Sequence record: NC_048203.1
Length of the DNA stretch: 64,000 nucleotides
Reading direction: 5' to 3' (one strand)
Origin: Escherichia phage vB_Eco_mar003J3
Under the pieces are notes generated by a model. That model was not told the origin of the DNA. It saw only the letters and a program-made list of their open reading frames with translations, and made no database searches. Shown in pieces: positions 11,513-21,693 of the stretch. The translations under genes and the position numbers were made by a program. Position 1 is the stretch's first letter. Each line of letters begins with the position of its first letter.

Positions 11513-14500
11513 TTAAGAATTACCAAGTGATTTCAGGGTGGTTCCATTCTCATTAAGAGCCTGTTCTACGGCATCCCTGAAAGCAGCACTGTTGCTCGAA
11601 GCAAAGTCTCGGAAGCTAGCCGCATCCATCGTACTGATGTTCAGCACAATAGGTCTACCCGATGTACCCTTTGAAGATCCTTTGAGTTCATCAGTAGGAG
11701 TAGCCTTCATCGGAACCATAGGAGTGATTACTTCGGTACCATGTTCACCCATCTGGTAACTAACTCCAGGATACATATTACCACCTTCTGCACGGGGTAC
11801 GAAAGAGTTAGCATTACCAATCCCTTGATCTCCTCGAATATAAGAAAGCTCACCTGCGTTAGCCGACATAGAAACGTCTACGTTCTTCTGGCGCTCTCCA
11901 AGAGTTAAGTAACCAGCTGTCTCAGCACCAGAGTCCCCAATAGAAGACATACCAGATGCAGAGGATGCTTGAGCAAGAGCCATAGCACCTGCTAAACCAG
12001 CCGCAACCATCAGAGGAATAGAGAATGGATACGGAACAGCTGTTGCTGCCTGCATCACCGCTACTGCCGTCTGGATAATGATTTGCTTCTTAGCCGCATC
12101 TTGCTGGATCTTGAGCTTTTCAGCCTCTAACTTCTTGATCTTAGCTTTAGATTGCTCAGATTTACCATCACGTTTCTGTTCTGCTGCAATAGCTGCATCA
12201 ATAGCACTTACCTGTTGACCAACACTATACTGAATCATTGAAGATACAGTTTGCATACCAGCCGCTACTAGAGAAGTGGTATCCAGAGATCCTTGTGAAA
12301 ACTGGATCATAGCATTAGTTAGGTTACCCATGCTTTGTGCTACAGCAGTTGCTTCGGAGTTCAGTTCAGACAGCTTAGAAATAGCCTGGTCATAGGATGC
12401 CATTCTATTCTGCATATCCATATTTGCTTTATCATCTCCTTCCAGTCCAGTTGTTGGAGTGTAAACACCACCAACAGAAGAAGTGACTTGCTGCTGCATC
12501 TGAGCATCACGTTGCATCTTAAGCTGTGCTAGAGCTGCCGAAGTTTCTTGGATTTTACGCTTATACTCTTCCTGAGCTTGTGCATTTCCTTTTGTAATTT
12601 CCAGTAAACTTTGGTACAGAGCTTGCTGTTCGGTTAGTCTCTGAGATTCCCCCGTAACGTTTCTGCTAGTCTGTGAAATATTAAGAGCTCTTTCACGTCC
12701 AGAAGCCATTTCCCTTTGCTGATCCTGACGGAATTTCCAGATTTCACGTTCAATTTGTGCCTGAGCTCGTCTTGATTGTTCAGCTTCCTTATGCTTATCA
12801 ACCTGTTTGGAGTACCATTCATACTTTTCTTTCTCGATAGTCAGTTCAAGGTTCAACTGAGCTAAACGATACTGAGTATCTGTCATAGTACGGTTATTCA
12901 GGAGAGCTATTTCACGATCAACACCAAGAATCTTATCAGTATAGTCCTTAACCTTCTTCTGAGCTTCCATACCCTGGTTAGTGATCTTGATACGTTCTAA
13001 CTGAATCTTAGCTATCTCACCTTCGATTGCTTTGTTACCCTTGTTAGTTTCTAGGACACGCTTAAGAGCTGCTTCCTGTTCTTCTAACTGTTGGATTTCC
13101 AGACGTCTACCAGCTTCCTGTGCTTTCTCTTTGTCCTTAGTCTGGTTGTATACTTCTGCAATTTTCTGCTGAACTTCTAACTGATTCTTAGTCTCATTAC
13201 CAGTTAATTTTACGTAACCAGCAAGAGCTTGTGAAGCAGTCTTCATCTCACTAAGAGTATTATACCCTAAGTTCAGGCTCTTAACATACTCATCAGCATT
13301 TTTACCAGTACCAGCAGATAAAGACTCAATAGTCTTAATCGTATCTGATAGGGATGCACTAGTTTTAGCCGCAGTGTTAGTGTTCTGAGCGATGTTCTGG
13401 ATATCGTTAGCTAAATCACTAGCAGTTTTCTTAGCCTGGTCATATGCTTTCTGCTGTTCTGTCAATCCTTTCAGAGTTGCAGAGTTAAAGTCATAAACCG
13501 CATCCGGGTCATTTGCATCTTTCTGTAGGTTAATTTGCTTCTGGAATTCTGTATTAGATTTGGCTGCTGCAGCACCAGCAGCTTGGTATGCCGATTTCCA
13601 TGCATTAAGATTGCCAGTTGAATCCTCTACTTCCTTATCAAGACGCTCTACCTGGAGAGCTAATGCAGCAGTATCTGCAATGAATTTCTGGTTTTCTTCA
13701 GAAGATCCTATGCGAACTCCTCCTACTTCAAAACCTCCTGCAGCTAATCCTACCGGTGCACCTTGAGCAACTAAACGAATAGCCCCTGCTGTAGATGCAT
13801 CTGCTTGCTGCATACGCTTATCTAGATCAGCTTTTAACTTATTACGCTTTTCTAGAGATTCTTTGTACATATCAAGAGCTTTATTATATCCTTCCTCAGA
13901 AGCGGAAAGACTTAAAGCTACAGCACCAACGTTAGTTGGGTCAATCTGACGGTTAGTTTCTTCCTGTGCTCTAGCAGCAGAGGCCGAGATAGATGCTTGA
14001 GAAGTATAGAACACTGCGTTGATAGAATCAATTACTGGCCCTAAATACTTAGCAGCAGCCTGTTGAACCTTTCTCAGGGCAGCATCAGCATTAGCAGCAA
14101 ACTGTTCCCAAGAGGTTGCACGAAGTACATCATCAAGATAGCCGAAACGTTTAGTAGATTCAGCGATTACTGCGTTAGCATATGCTTGTTGCTTCTGGAA
14201 AGTAGAGAGACTATTAACGTTATATGTAATACCTGTGTTAGCAGCATTTAACTGTTTAACGTAGTCAGCGTAAGCATCGTTAAGACGAATAGTAACACCA
14301 AGTTCGTCCAGAAGTTCGATTTCTTGTTTAGATACACCCTTGATTACACGGTTAAGTGCATCAGTCATATCAACACCAAGAACAGCAGCAGCACGACGAG
14401 CTACTAGACCAAATTTATTAAGTTGTTCAGCATCAAATCCATATGCAGAGGCAGAGGATGCCTGTCTCATTGCTTCTTCAAAGGAGATTGCATAACCAGC

Positions 14501-15220
14501 AGCCTCTTGTAGAGATCTAGCTAGAGTTTGTACAGGAGTACCTGTTTGAGTACCAACAATAGTACCAAACTTCTCAAGACGGTTTAACTGGTCACCCATC
14601 TTAAGTTGTTCGAATGCAGATTGTAGAACGAACACGTTAGACGCAATAGCAGCATACATAAGAGGTAGAGAACCACCAACTTTAGCCATTGCTGCGAAGT
14701 CACGAGTAGCACCTCGTGCAGAACCAGAGGTATTACCTAGAGCACGACTAGCACGACCTGCGGATGTGGTAGTATCATTGAAGCCTCTAGTAGTACCCGA
14801 CAAAGCACGGTTTGTATCGTATAATCTATCTTGAACTTTTTCAGTTGCAGCAGCTACATCGTTACCCATTGCCTTAACAGATTTACCAACATGTGTAAAT
14901 CCAGACTCTAGCTTATCAGATACCTCAATCATAGCAATAGCAAGGTCATCTAACTTAGCACCAATACTATCCATAGATTTGGTGATGCCCATCATACCTC
15001 TGCTAGCCTGCATTTTTGTTAGACTTTTGGCTGCCCTATCTGCTGCCCTCTCAATGGAATAAAGAGTTTTGGGCATTTTTCCTAGCTGCTCATTAGTCAG
15101 TTCGGAAGCAGCAGCAGCGTTTTCTAACGCATCAGATACGTTTTCAATAGACTTTGCAGTACGGGTTGCCCCTTTCTGCTTTACATCTATAAGTAATTCT
15201 CGTATTAGCTTATCAGTCAT
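11513..15220 (-). CDS. tail tape measure protein (T5 pb2-like)
   Basis: 1235 aa, long coiled-coil, Gly/Ala-rich membrane-like segment, C-terminal region; canonical position. Confidence 0.85.
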   Translation of the reverse strand: MTDKLIRELLIDVKQKGATRTAKSIENVSDALENAAAASELTNEQLGKMPKTLYSIERAADRAAKSLTKMQASRGMMGITKSMDSIGAKLDDLAIAMIEVSDKLESGFTHVGKSVKAMGNDVAAATEKVQDRLYDTNRALSGTTRGFNDTTTSAGRASRALGNTSGSARGATRDFAAMAKVGGSLPLMYAAIASNVFVLQSAFEQLKMGDQLNRLEKFGTIVGTQTGTPVQTLARSLQEAAGYAISFEEAMRQASSASAYGFDAEQLNKFGLVARRAAAVLGVDMTDALNRVIKGVSKQEIELLDELGVTIRLNDAYADYVKQLNAANTGITYNVNSLSTFQKQQAYANAVIAESTKRFGYLDDVLRATSWEQFAANADAALRKVQQAAAKYLGPVIDSINAVFYTSQASISASAARAQEETNRQIDPTNVGAVALSLSASEEGYNKALDMYKESLEKRNKLKADLDKRMQQADASTAGAIRLVAQGAPVGLAAGGFEVGGVRIGSSEENQKFIADTAALALQVERLDKEVEDSTGNLNAWKSAYQAAGAAAAKSNTEFQKQINLQKDANDPDAVYDFNSATLKGLTEQQKAYDQAKKTASDLANDIQNIAQNTNTAAKTSASLSDTIKTIESLSAGTGKNADEYVKSLNLGYNTLSEMKTASQALAGYVKLTGNETKNQLEVQQKIAEVYNQTKDKEKAQEAGRRLEIQQLEEQEAALKRVLETNKGNKAIEGEIAKIQLERIKITNQGMEAQKKVKDYTDKILGVDREIALLNNRTMTDTQYRLAQLNLELTIEKEKYEWYSKQVDKHKEAEQSRRAQAQIEREIWKFRQDQQREMASGRERALNISQTSRNVTGESQRLTEQQALYQSLLEITKGNAQAQEEYKRKIQETSAALAQLKMQRDAQMQQQVTSSVGGVYTPTTGLEGDDKANMDMQNRMASYDQAISKLSELNSEATAVAQSMGNLTNAMIQFSQGSLDTTSLVAAGMQTVSSMIQYSVGQQVSAIDAAIAAEQKRDGKSEQSKAKIKKLEAEKLKIQQDAAKKQIIIQTAVAVMQAATAVPYPFSIPLMVAAGLAGAMALAQASSASGMSSIGDSGAETAGYLTLGERQKNVDVSMSANAGELSYIRGDQGIGNANSFVPRAEGGNMYPGVSYQMGEHGTEVITPMVPMKATPTDELKGSSKGTSGRPIVLNISTMDAASFRDFASSNSAAFRDAVEQALNENGTTLKSLGNS

Positions 15221-15230
15221 TTATTTTTCC

Positions 15231-15265
15231 CAATAAAAAAGGCTCTGGGCAAATCACCCAGAGCC
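15231..15265 (-). terminator. rho-independent terminator (9-bp GC stem + U-tract) immediately upstream of tape measure start
   Basis: ggctctggg-caaatca-cccagagcc; rc of 15231..15240 gives TTTTTTATTG on the coding strand; shares a 25-bp element with 20238..20262. Confidence 0.6.
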
Positions 15266-15303
15266 AAGCCTCATCGTGGAACGCCCATTGGAGGAAACTT
15301 TTA

Positions 15304-15669
15304 CTAAGCTCGAGATCTAGCATGTGGTTTAATGTTCGGAGTACGACCATTAGGTTTACTATGCTTCTCGGCTCTCTTACGAGCTGCATCTACAGCTTTC
15401 GAATCAAATATATTGATAATGTGTAGAACAAACTCTTTCTCTATAGGATCAGTAATCCCATAGATATCAAATAAAACACCTAATGCACTTTTGTCTTTCC
15501 CTATAAATATAGGAAAGTCACCGGGTATGAAACAATCAATAAGACTATTATAAATATTCATACTAGTAGATACAATAGGTGGAAAATCTTCGAGCTCAAC
15601 AGGCATTGCCTTAGGATCAGGTTCAATACCTAGAGACTCACAAAGCATTAAATATTGTTGTTTTGTCAT
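15304..15669 (-). CDS. tail assembly chaperone, downstream frame (candidate frameshift extension)
   Basis: 121 aa; its frame is open upstream to 15756 and overlaps the 3' end of 15731..16135 in the -1 frame. Confidence 0.45.
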   Translation of the reverse strand: MTKQQYLMLCESLGIEPDPKAMPVELEDFPPIVSTSMNIYNSLIDCFIPGDFPIFIGKDKSALGVLFDIYGITDPIEKEFVLHIINIFDSKAVDAARKRAEKHSKPNGRTPNIKPHARSRA

Positions 15670-15730
15670 TTTAGATGCTGAGGATTTAATGCATTTATCT
15701 GCAAAATCGGCAACAGCATCTAGTAACTGC

Positions 15731-16135
15731 TTACGCTTTTGAGCTACGAAAAGTGTCTAAGTGGAACACTGTCTGGTTGATCCAAGAATCAAACGCAGCA
15801 GAGTTCTGCATAAGCATGATAGCATTATCGCGGCTAAATGGAACTTCAGTAGTAGGATCAGCTTCAGTTTCGATAAGCATCAGCTTCTCAACATCTCCAA
15901 TCGTCAAGCCAGTCCAGCCAGCAATTGCAGTATCAACGAAAGCTTCAATAAACTTATCATCGTCCTGAACCTGAATCATAGTACCGTTAACCCACTCGTC
16001 ACGCTTAGCGGAAGAGATAACACGTTTAGATGCAGCACGAGACATGTAGTTCAGTTGTAGCTTGAAGTTAGGCATACCTGGATAAGCCAGCTCAATAGTA
16101 CGAGTTTCAAGGGTAATATCTTTTAAATTGATCAT
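15731..16135 (-). CDS. tail assembly chaperone, upstream frame
   Basis: 134 aa directly upstream of tape measure gene; overlapping-frame arrangement typical of G/GT chaperones. Confidence 0.5.
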   Translation of the reverse strand: MINLKDITLETRTIELAYPGMPNFKLQLNYMSRAASKRVISSAKRDEWVNGTMIQVQDDDKFIEAFVDTAIAGWTGLTIGDVEKLMLIETEADPTTEVPFSRDNAIMLMQNSAAFDSWINQTVFHLDTFRSSKA

Positions 16136-17031
16136 TTCTTTATTTCTCCAAAGAAGTCGATTCTTACCGGATCAGAGTCTGCAGTAGGGATTACATCCCA
16201 TTCAACTCTATATATATCCGAGAATTGTAGGCGTTTTGTTATACGTGTTGAAGGAAAATCTATCGAAATATGTTCATTTCGGATGGTTAATGGTATGTCA
16301 GTTTCGGGTTCAATATTATAAAACATATCACCAGCAAATCGCTTGGTGTAGTAAAATGCAATTGTTGCCGAAGCATTCATTTCATTAACATAAGCTCTCT
16401 TATTATTATATATTTTGTTTATGTCAAATACGCTTTTATCTTCCCTCCAAGAACATTGTTGCTGGAATGACATAGAAGCGGATAAAAGAGCTGGTAAAAC
16501 GTTACTATTGGTAGATACTCTAGGAGGACTATATGATATGACTTCACCCTGAACAATAGAACCAGCAGGGGTAGAAGTGGATACCTCAGAGAACTTACCA
16601 GATTCAATTCCTACGTTTAGAATAGGAACGCTTTTATCTAGAGAAAAGTCTACAGTAGATACATAGCAATTCTCAAAGTACACACAGTTATTATCTTTAT
16701 TAACTATGTATATATTAAACATTGTTGGCTCAATATTTGTACTATAAAGTGGTAGTAAGAATGTGTTACCCTCTCGGTCAAAGCCCATCCATTCAAAGAA
16801 GTTAGCTTCAGTAAGGGTATTACTAAAATTTATAGCCAGCGATATTGAAGATGGAGTTTGTGCATTAATAATAGAGTCAGCATAGTTGGTTCTACGATGT
16901 ATAGTCCTACGAAGAGTTTTAAATTCCTCATAGGACGTATTGATATCGTAATTTGACAGGGCATCAAAATGATAAGCCCTGCCATCGTACTCAACTATAA
17001 CTTTTGACTCCCTCATTAGAGAGTAGTACAT
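16132..17031 (-). CDS. tail protein (T5 p140-like)
   Basis: 299 aa between tail tube and chaperone genes. Confidence 0.45.
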   Translation of the reverse strand: MYYSLMRESKVIVEYDGRAYHFDALSNYDINTSYEEFKTLRRTIHRRTNYADSIINAQTPSSISLAINFSNTLTEANFFEWMGFDREGNTFLLPLYSTNIEPTMFNIYIVNKDNNCVYFENCYVSTVDFSLDKSVPILNVGIESGKFSEVSTSTPAGSIVQGEVISYSPPRVSTNSNVLPALLSASMSFQQQCSWREDKSVFDINKIYNNKRAYVNEMNASATIAFYYTKRFAGDMFYNIEPETDIPLTIRNEHISIDFPSTRITKRLQFSDIYRVEWDVIPTADSDPVRIDFFGEIKK

Positions 17032-17035
17032 TTAA

Positions 17036-18445
17036 TTAGCCACCAGAAGCAGTAACTGTAATGCTCTTAGTACCTTCTACACCAGAACCATCTTTAGCTA
17101 CAGCTTTCACAGTAACTGCACCGGTCTTAGAAGCATCAGCGGTTAGTAACCCAGAAGTTGCATCAATAGTGGCAGCAGTACCAGAGGAAATAGACCAAGT
17201 TACTTCCTTATTAGTAGCTTCAGCAGGTAAAACATCTACAGTCATCTGAAGAGTTGCACTATTCTCGACGGAAGTTGCATCACCCGCAGATTTAACAGTA
17301 ATACCTGTTACTTTTACTGGAGCTGCTTTACCACCGTCACCAGTTGCAATCAGATTTGCAATAGTAGCTTTGGTGTACTTATTAGAGAAACCAAGATAAC
17401 CTTCATCACCAGTATCCAGATCAGTAGGAATTGCTTTGAACTCTACAGAAGTACCAAGTACATCGTCAGTCTCAATAGTTGGGATGTTTACGTGGGCTTG
17501 CTTAGCAACCAGAACAGCAGCAGGGCGCTCATCATCATATTCACCACCAAGTACTAGAGCGATTTCGAAACGGTTAACTACTTTCAGGGTCTTAATTAGA
17601 TCTTTGTACAGATCCATAGAACCTAGAGCTTTATCGTTAAGATAAGCAGTTAGAGAACCAGTTAGTTCGAATGCACCAGTAAATGAACCGATTGGGATGT
17701 TAACACGGGACATAACGTTCGGAGTCAGGTAGGTGATGTTGTTATTGATTGTAAAGCTACCACCAGTGATCGGAATGTCATATGCCTTACCAGTATCCAT
17801 ATCCTTAATTTTGAGGATAGTCAGTTTGTTCTTGGTATAAGAACCCTGGATAGTCATGTAAGTTTCATCATCAATACCTACAGTATCAGGATCAAATGGA
17901 GCAGCATCCAGAGGGATCAGCTGGTTACCATTACCTGACCAAGTTACACGACCGATATCTTCGATATCAACGTTTACTTCAGCCTGGTTGATCTGGCAGG
18001 AATCGATGTAGCTCCATGCTTTATCAGTAAGGATGTAAATATGTAGCATTGCCAGTTCGTGGTATGCGTTATCCTTAAAGTTAACCATGAAGTTAGTTTC
18101 GTTAGTGTGTGCACCTGTATCACCATCTAGGTTGATAGGCTTACCACTAGAAAGAGCATGCCACAGCATGTAGTCCGGAACGATCTGCTTACTCGTAGTC
18201 TTGTCTAAGTAAGGCAGGATGTAAGTAGAGAAACTCCACTCAGCTGCGTTCAGGGAGTCGTTGAAACGTTTTGAACCACGAGTTGGACGCGGACCAGCTT
18301 CGTTAACAGTAATATCGGTTGAGTTACTGTCCTGACCCCAAGAAATATCATCTTGAACTAGAATCTCTTGCGTGTTGGTCTTATCGTGACCAGTCTTAAC
18401 CGTAGACACGAAGATTCGAGTATTACGTAATAGTTGTAAAGACAT
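17036..18445 (-). CDS. major tail tube protein with C-terminal Ig-like domain (T5 pb6-like)
   Basis: 469 aa; C-terminal VKVTGITVKSAGD...VTVKAVAKDGSG resembles bacterial Ig-like (Big_2) fold; position before chaperones and tape measure. Confidence 0.75.
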   Translation of the reverse strand: MSLQLLRNTRIFVSTVKTGHDKTNTQEILVQDDISWGQDSNSTDITVNEAGPRPTRGSKRFNDSLNAAEWSFSTYILPYLDKTTSKQIVPDYMLWHALSSGKPINLDGDTGAHTNETNFMVNFKDNAYHELAMLHIYILTDKAWSYIDSCQINQAEVNVDIEDIGRVTWSGNGNQLIPLDAAPFDPDTVGIDDETYMTIQGSYTKNKLTILKIKDMDTGKAYDIPITGGSFTINNNITYLTPNVMSRVNIPIGSFTGAFELTGSLTAYLNDKALGSMDLYKDLIKTLKVVNRFEIALVLGGEYDDERPAAVLVAKQAHVNIPTIETDDVLGTSVEFKAIPTDLDTGDEGYLGFSNKYTKATIANLIATGDGGKAAPVKVTGITVKSAGDATSVENSATLQMTVDVLPAEATNKEVTWSISSGTAATIDATSGLLTADASKTGAVTVKAVAKDGSGVEGTKSITVTASGG

Positions 18446-18471
18446 TTATTTATATTCTCCTAATCTGTAAC

Positions 18472-18957
18472 TTATCTGCGAAGTGCCCTACGAGGTGGCT
18501 GATACCTCACTGTTACATTTATTTCCGCTAAACCATATGGGGCCAGTAGACCCTCATCTGTAGCTACTGAGGTAATGCTCATATCAGTTGCCTCACATGG
18601 GAAGGTCGATCCATTAGGTTTACTAACAGTATATTCTAAATTTCCACCTGTGTCAATGACGGTTTTTATGTCAGCTACGAGTTTTTCAAGTTGCTCTTGA
18701 ATATCTGTTTTCTCTTTGTCATACACGAGGATTGGAAGTTCTAAAAACATCCACTGTTGGCCTGAGGGAAGATACTGCCCAGTTTCAGTTCCGATATGGA
18801 CTGCCACATAAGGAAATTCTCGGATTTCCTCGAATTTATAAGTTTGACGAGAAACGTTTCCATAAAGGTTATTGAAATACTCGTCAGGTTGTGAACCATC
18901 CATTTGTGTGGCGATTCGGTCAACCACTGCTTGTGCAATACTTGTTCTGTGATCCAT
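18472..18957 (-). CDS. tail completion / terminator protein (putative)
   Basis: 161 aa directly upstream of tail tube gene. Confidence 0.4.
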   Translation of the reverse strand: MDHRTSIAQAVVDRIATQMDGSQPDEYFNNLYGNVSRQTYKFEEIREFPYVAVHIGTETGQYLPSGQQWMFLELPILVYDKEKTDIQEQLEKLVADIKTVIDTGGNLEYTVSKPNGSTFPCEATDMSITSVATDEGLLAPYGLAEINVTVRYQPPRRALRR

Positions 18958-18960
18958 TTA

Positions 18961-19728
18961 TTAGGTTCCTTGATTAACCTTGATTTTATATCTAGAGTGA
19001 ATCAGGTCTCTTGCAGCTTTTGCGATTGCTTCCCCAATAAGTTTTTGAGGGTTTCGAGCGCCAGGGTAAGGTCGTAGAGAAAGTCTTCGATATGTAGAAA
19101 CTGCGGGGTTGAACACAGAGTAAGGACGAACCATATAGTTATACGTCACATTCAGCTCTGGAGCACCTTTACTAGTTTCTGCATCACGTAACATAACATC
19201 TTTAATCTTTAAGGAGTTAGCAAAGCGACCAGTTCTGAACTTCAATGGTGCCCCTGCTTTTTTCATATCCTTGATTAAGTATTCCTTAGCTACTATCTCA
19301 AGAATAGCACGCATGTTACTATTTGATACGAAACGACCGGAAGCACCTGTTACTGCACCTGAATAGCCATCTTCAGTATCTCTAGGATCTCCAAAGTTTA
19401 CCTGAACTCTACCGGTAGAACGTTTTTTACCAACAGCAGAACGTTTACCTGCGGTTGCTTGAATTAAATTCTCTAGAGCGCCTAAATCACCAGAAAGATC
19501 TAAGTTAGAAGAAACAGCCTTCAGTATAGATGCTGTCCTAACATTTAATAAGTCTTGTGATACTGGTTTTGAGAATTTGAAAGATACCTGTGCAACTGTG
19601 CCATCTCTTGTAGGATCCTTCAAACCAGTCTCAACTGTATATACAACAGTATTCTTATTATTCTCAGATCGTCCTGCAGTATCTAGCTGCTCTTTAATAA
19701 TTTGTCTAGCTAGATCAGAAAGAGCCAT
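18961..19728 (-). CDS. head-tail joining protein (putative)
   Basis: 255 aa, between capsid and tail modules. Confidence 0.4.
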   Translation of the reverse strand: MALSDLARQIIKEQLDTAGRSENNKNTVVYTVETGLKDPTRDGTVAQVSFKFSKPVSQDLLNVRTASILKAVSSNLDLSGDLGALENLIQATAGKRSAVGKKRSTGRVQVNFGDPRDTEDGYSGAVTGASGRFVSNSNMRAILEIVAKEYLIKDMKKAGAPLKFRTGRFANSLKIKDVMLRDAETSKGAPELNVTYNYMVRPYSVFNPAVSTYRRLSLRPYPGARNPQKLIGEAIAKAARDLIHSRYKIKVNQGT

Positions 19729-20240
19729 TACACTCTCCTATAGACTTCGATGATTGTACGAATATGTTCTGGAATACCAGACTTAGTATTGTTAAACGTA
19801 ACTGTCTCACCACCAATAGTCTTGGCTTGACGATAATCTTGCTTATGCCAGTGATCTACTAACAGACATGCTGCCAGTTTAAGATCTTCAGGCATTGGAT
19901 TGAAACCACCTTGAGTATACTCTACATCCATATATCCTTCAGGAGGATTAAACTTAAGGAGGATAACACCATCAGGATACAGTTTAAACTGTTCCGTATC
20001 TATTTCATTCTCGTTAATAGTCATCTTTGTAATAGATGTGGCTGAAGGAGAACTCAGGAAATATTTCCTACGGCTAGGTTTTGTGGTGATTAATTGATCT
20101 ACCGCATCTGCATCATCCATACCTAGAAGGCTTGTAATCAGCGTATTGGCAGCTTTAATCATCATCTCAACCTGAGTTTCCATATCAGGACGTTTTAAAT
20201 TCCCATATAGTTTATAATCTTCAACAGTGATGATTTGCAT
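19728..20240 (-). CDS. head completion / adaptor protein (putative)
   Basis: 170 aa, first gene after major capsid terminator. Confidence 0.4.
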   Translation of the reverse strand: MQIITVEDYKLYGNLKRPDMETQVEMMIKAANTLITSLLGMDDADAVDQLITTKPSRRKYFLSSPSATSITKMTINENEIDTEQFKLYPDGVILLKFNPPEGYMDVEYTQGGFNPMPEDLKLAACLLVDHWHKQDYRQAKTIGGETVTFNNTKSGIPEHIRTIIEVYRRV

Positions 20241-20250
20241 TTATTTTTCC

Positions 20251-20278
20251 CAATAAAAAAGGAGAGCCGAAGCTCTCC
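20251..20278 (-). terminator. rho-independent terminator after major capsid gene
   Basis: ggagagc-cgaa-gctctcc followed on coding strand by TTTTTTATTG; same 25-bp flank as 15218..15242. Confidence 0.6.
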
Positions 20279-20299
20279 TTATCGGCTGAAAAGCCTGTA

Positions 20300-21676
20300 T
20301 TAAGATGCAGCGTAAGCACCAGATACAACGCCGTTTTCGAAGTAACGTTGCAGGTTAACACGCTGAGTAACGTAGTATGCGTCACGCTGTTTGCCAGCTT
20401 GGCGCTCACGTTCAACAGTAACAGCACGCTGACGCGGCATTACGAAGTTATCTTTATAAACAATAACTGCGAATTCTGCAGAAGCAGCTTTAGCTGGGAA
20501 GTACTCAGAAACTACAACCGGCAGACCGTAAATACGACCAACCTGACCCTGCAGTTTAACAGCATCGTTACCAACCTGGGCAACATCCTGCCATTCTTCA
20601 TCTTCCAGCAGATCGTAGTAAGCATCCATAGATACGATCAGTACCAGTTTGCTCAGTTTCAGACCATGACGGCCCAGTTTACGACGCAGCTTGGAGATAG
20701 TCTTAGCAGTTACCAGAACAGAACCGTCAGCTTTAGCTTCGGTAACAACCTTAGCACCATCATCAGCAGCCAGTTTCAGCAGACCCTTAGGCTGACCAGT
20801 ACCATTACCAGACATGAAAGCTTCTTCGATAGAAACAGCGTGTGCTTCGATCAGACGCTTACGCAGCAGAGGCAGCAGGGAGAAGATTGCATCTTCTTCA
20901 GTTTCATCAGTGATGAAGGACTTAGCAGCCAGCTTGTAAGTTTTGAAGCTGATTTCAGTCAGTTGACCTTTAACTTCGTCACCAACAGTTTCGTCAGTAC
21001 CGAATTTGGAAGCATCTACCCAAGTAGCACGACCAGCTTCTGGTTCAACGAGCATTGTAAGGATTTTGCTGGACATTGGCAGTTCATCGAACAGTGCACC
21101 AACTACCAGTTCCTTCTGCAGGTCACGGATAATACGGGTAGAGAAGATAGTTTCGTATGCTTCGCTAGACATGGAAACGGAAGAAGAACCGTTAACAGCT
21201 TTAACGTGAGCCTTACCATGTTCAGTTTCGAATACGTCTTTCTCCATCATATAAGACAGAAGAACCAGTTTCTCAACTTCATCTTCGAAAGCATCCTGAG
21301 TGCCATAAAGAGCTTTAGCTACGCTATCACCAACGAAGGAACGACCTTCACGAGCTGCCAACAGAGACTTGATTTCGTCCTGAAGACCAACGATGGTTTC
21401 CTGCTGCTTTTCTACAGTCTGTGCGAACAGTTCTGCGCTCTTCTTAGACTTCTCGTCCAGGTTCTTAACCAGATCCAGAGCTTCTTCCAGACGCTTACGG
21501 TCTTCACCAACAGCTTTAGATACTAGGTCATTCATACGAGACAGTTCTTTTTCTTCCTGCTCTTCACGCAGACGCTTAGCTTCCGCAGCTTTCTGAGCAG
21601 CAGTCAGACCTTCCAGAGATTTAGCCAGATCACCCAGACCAAGTTCTTCCTTCAGCTTATTAATATCAATAGTCAT
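20300..21676 (-). CDS. major capsid protein precursor with N-terminal scaffolding domain (T5 pb8-like)
   Basis: 458 aa, same as T5 pb8 precursor; N-terminal about 150 aa charged coiled-coil; follows prohead protease. Confidence 0.85.
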   Translation of the reverse strand: MTIDINKLKEELGLGDLAKSLEGLTAAQKAAEAKRLREEQEEKELSRMNDLVSKAVGEDRKRLEEALDLVKNLDEKSKKSAELFAQTVEKQQETIVGLQDEIKSLLAAREGRSFVGDSVAKALYGTQDAFEDEVEKLVLLSYMMEKDVFETEHGKAHVKAVNGSSSVSMSSEAYETIFSTRIIRDLQKELVVGALFDELPMSSKILTMLVEPEAGRATWVDASKFGTDETVGDEVKGQLTEISFKTYKLAAKSFITDETEEDAIFSLLPLLRKRLIEAHAVSIEEAFMSGNGTGQPKGLLKLAADDGAKVVTEAKADGSVLVTAKTISKLRRKLGRHGLKLSKLVLIVSMDAYYDLLEDEEWQDVAQVGNDAVKLQGQVGRIYGLPVVVSEYFPAKAASAEFAVIVYKDNFVMPRQRAVTVERERQAGKQRDAYYVTQRVNLQRYFENGVVSGAYAAS

Positions 21677-21693
21677 TTTTAAATAATTCTCCG

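Noticed and set aside
20348-21526. 392-aa plus-strand ORF
   Set aside because: Lies antisense to the major capsid gene, is low-complexity and Ser/Phe-rich, and has no RBS; the minus-strand capsid gene explains the open frame.
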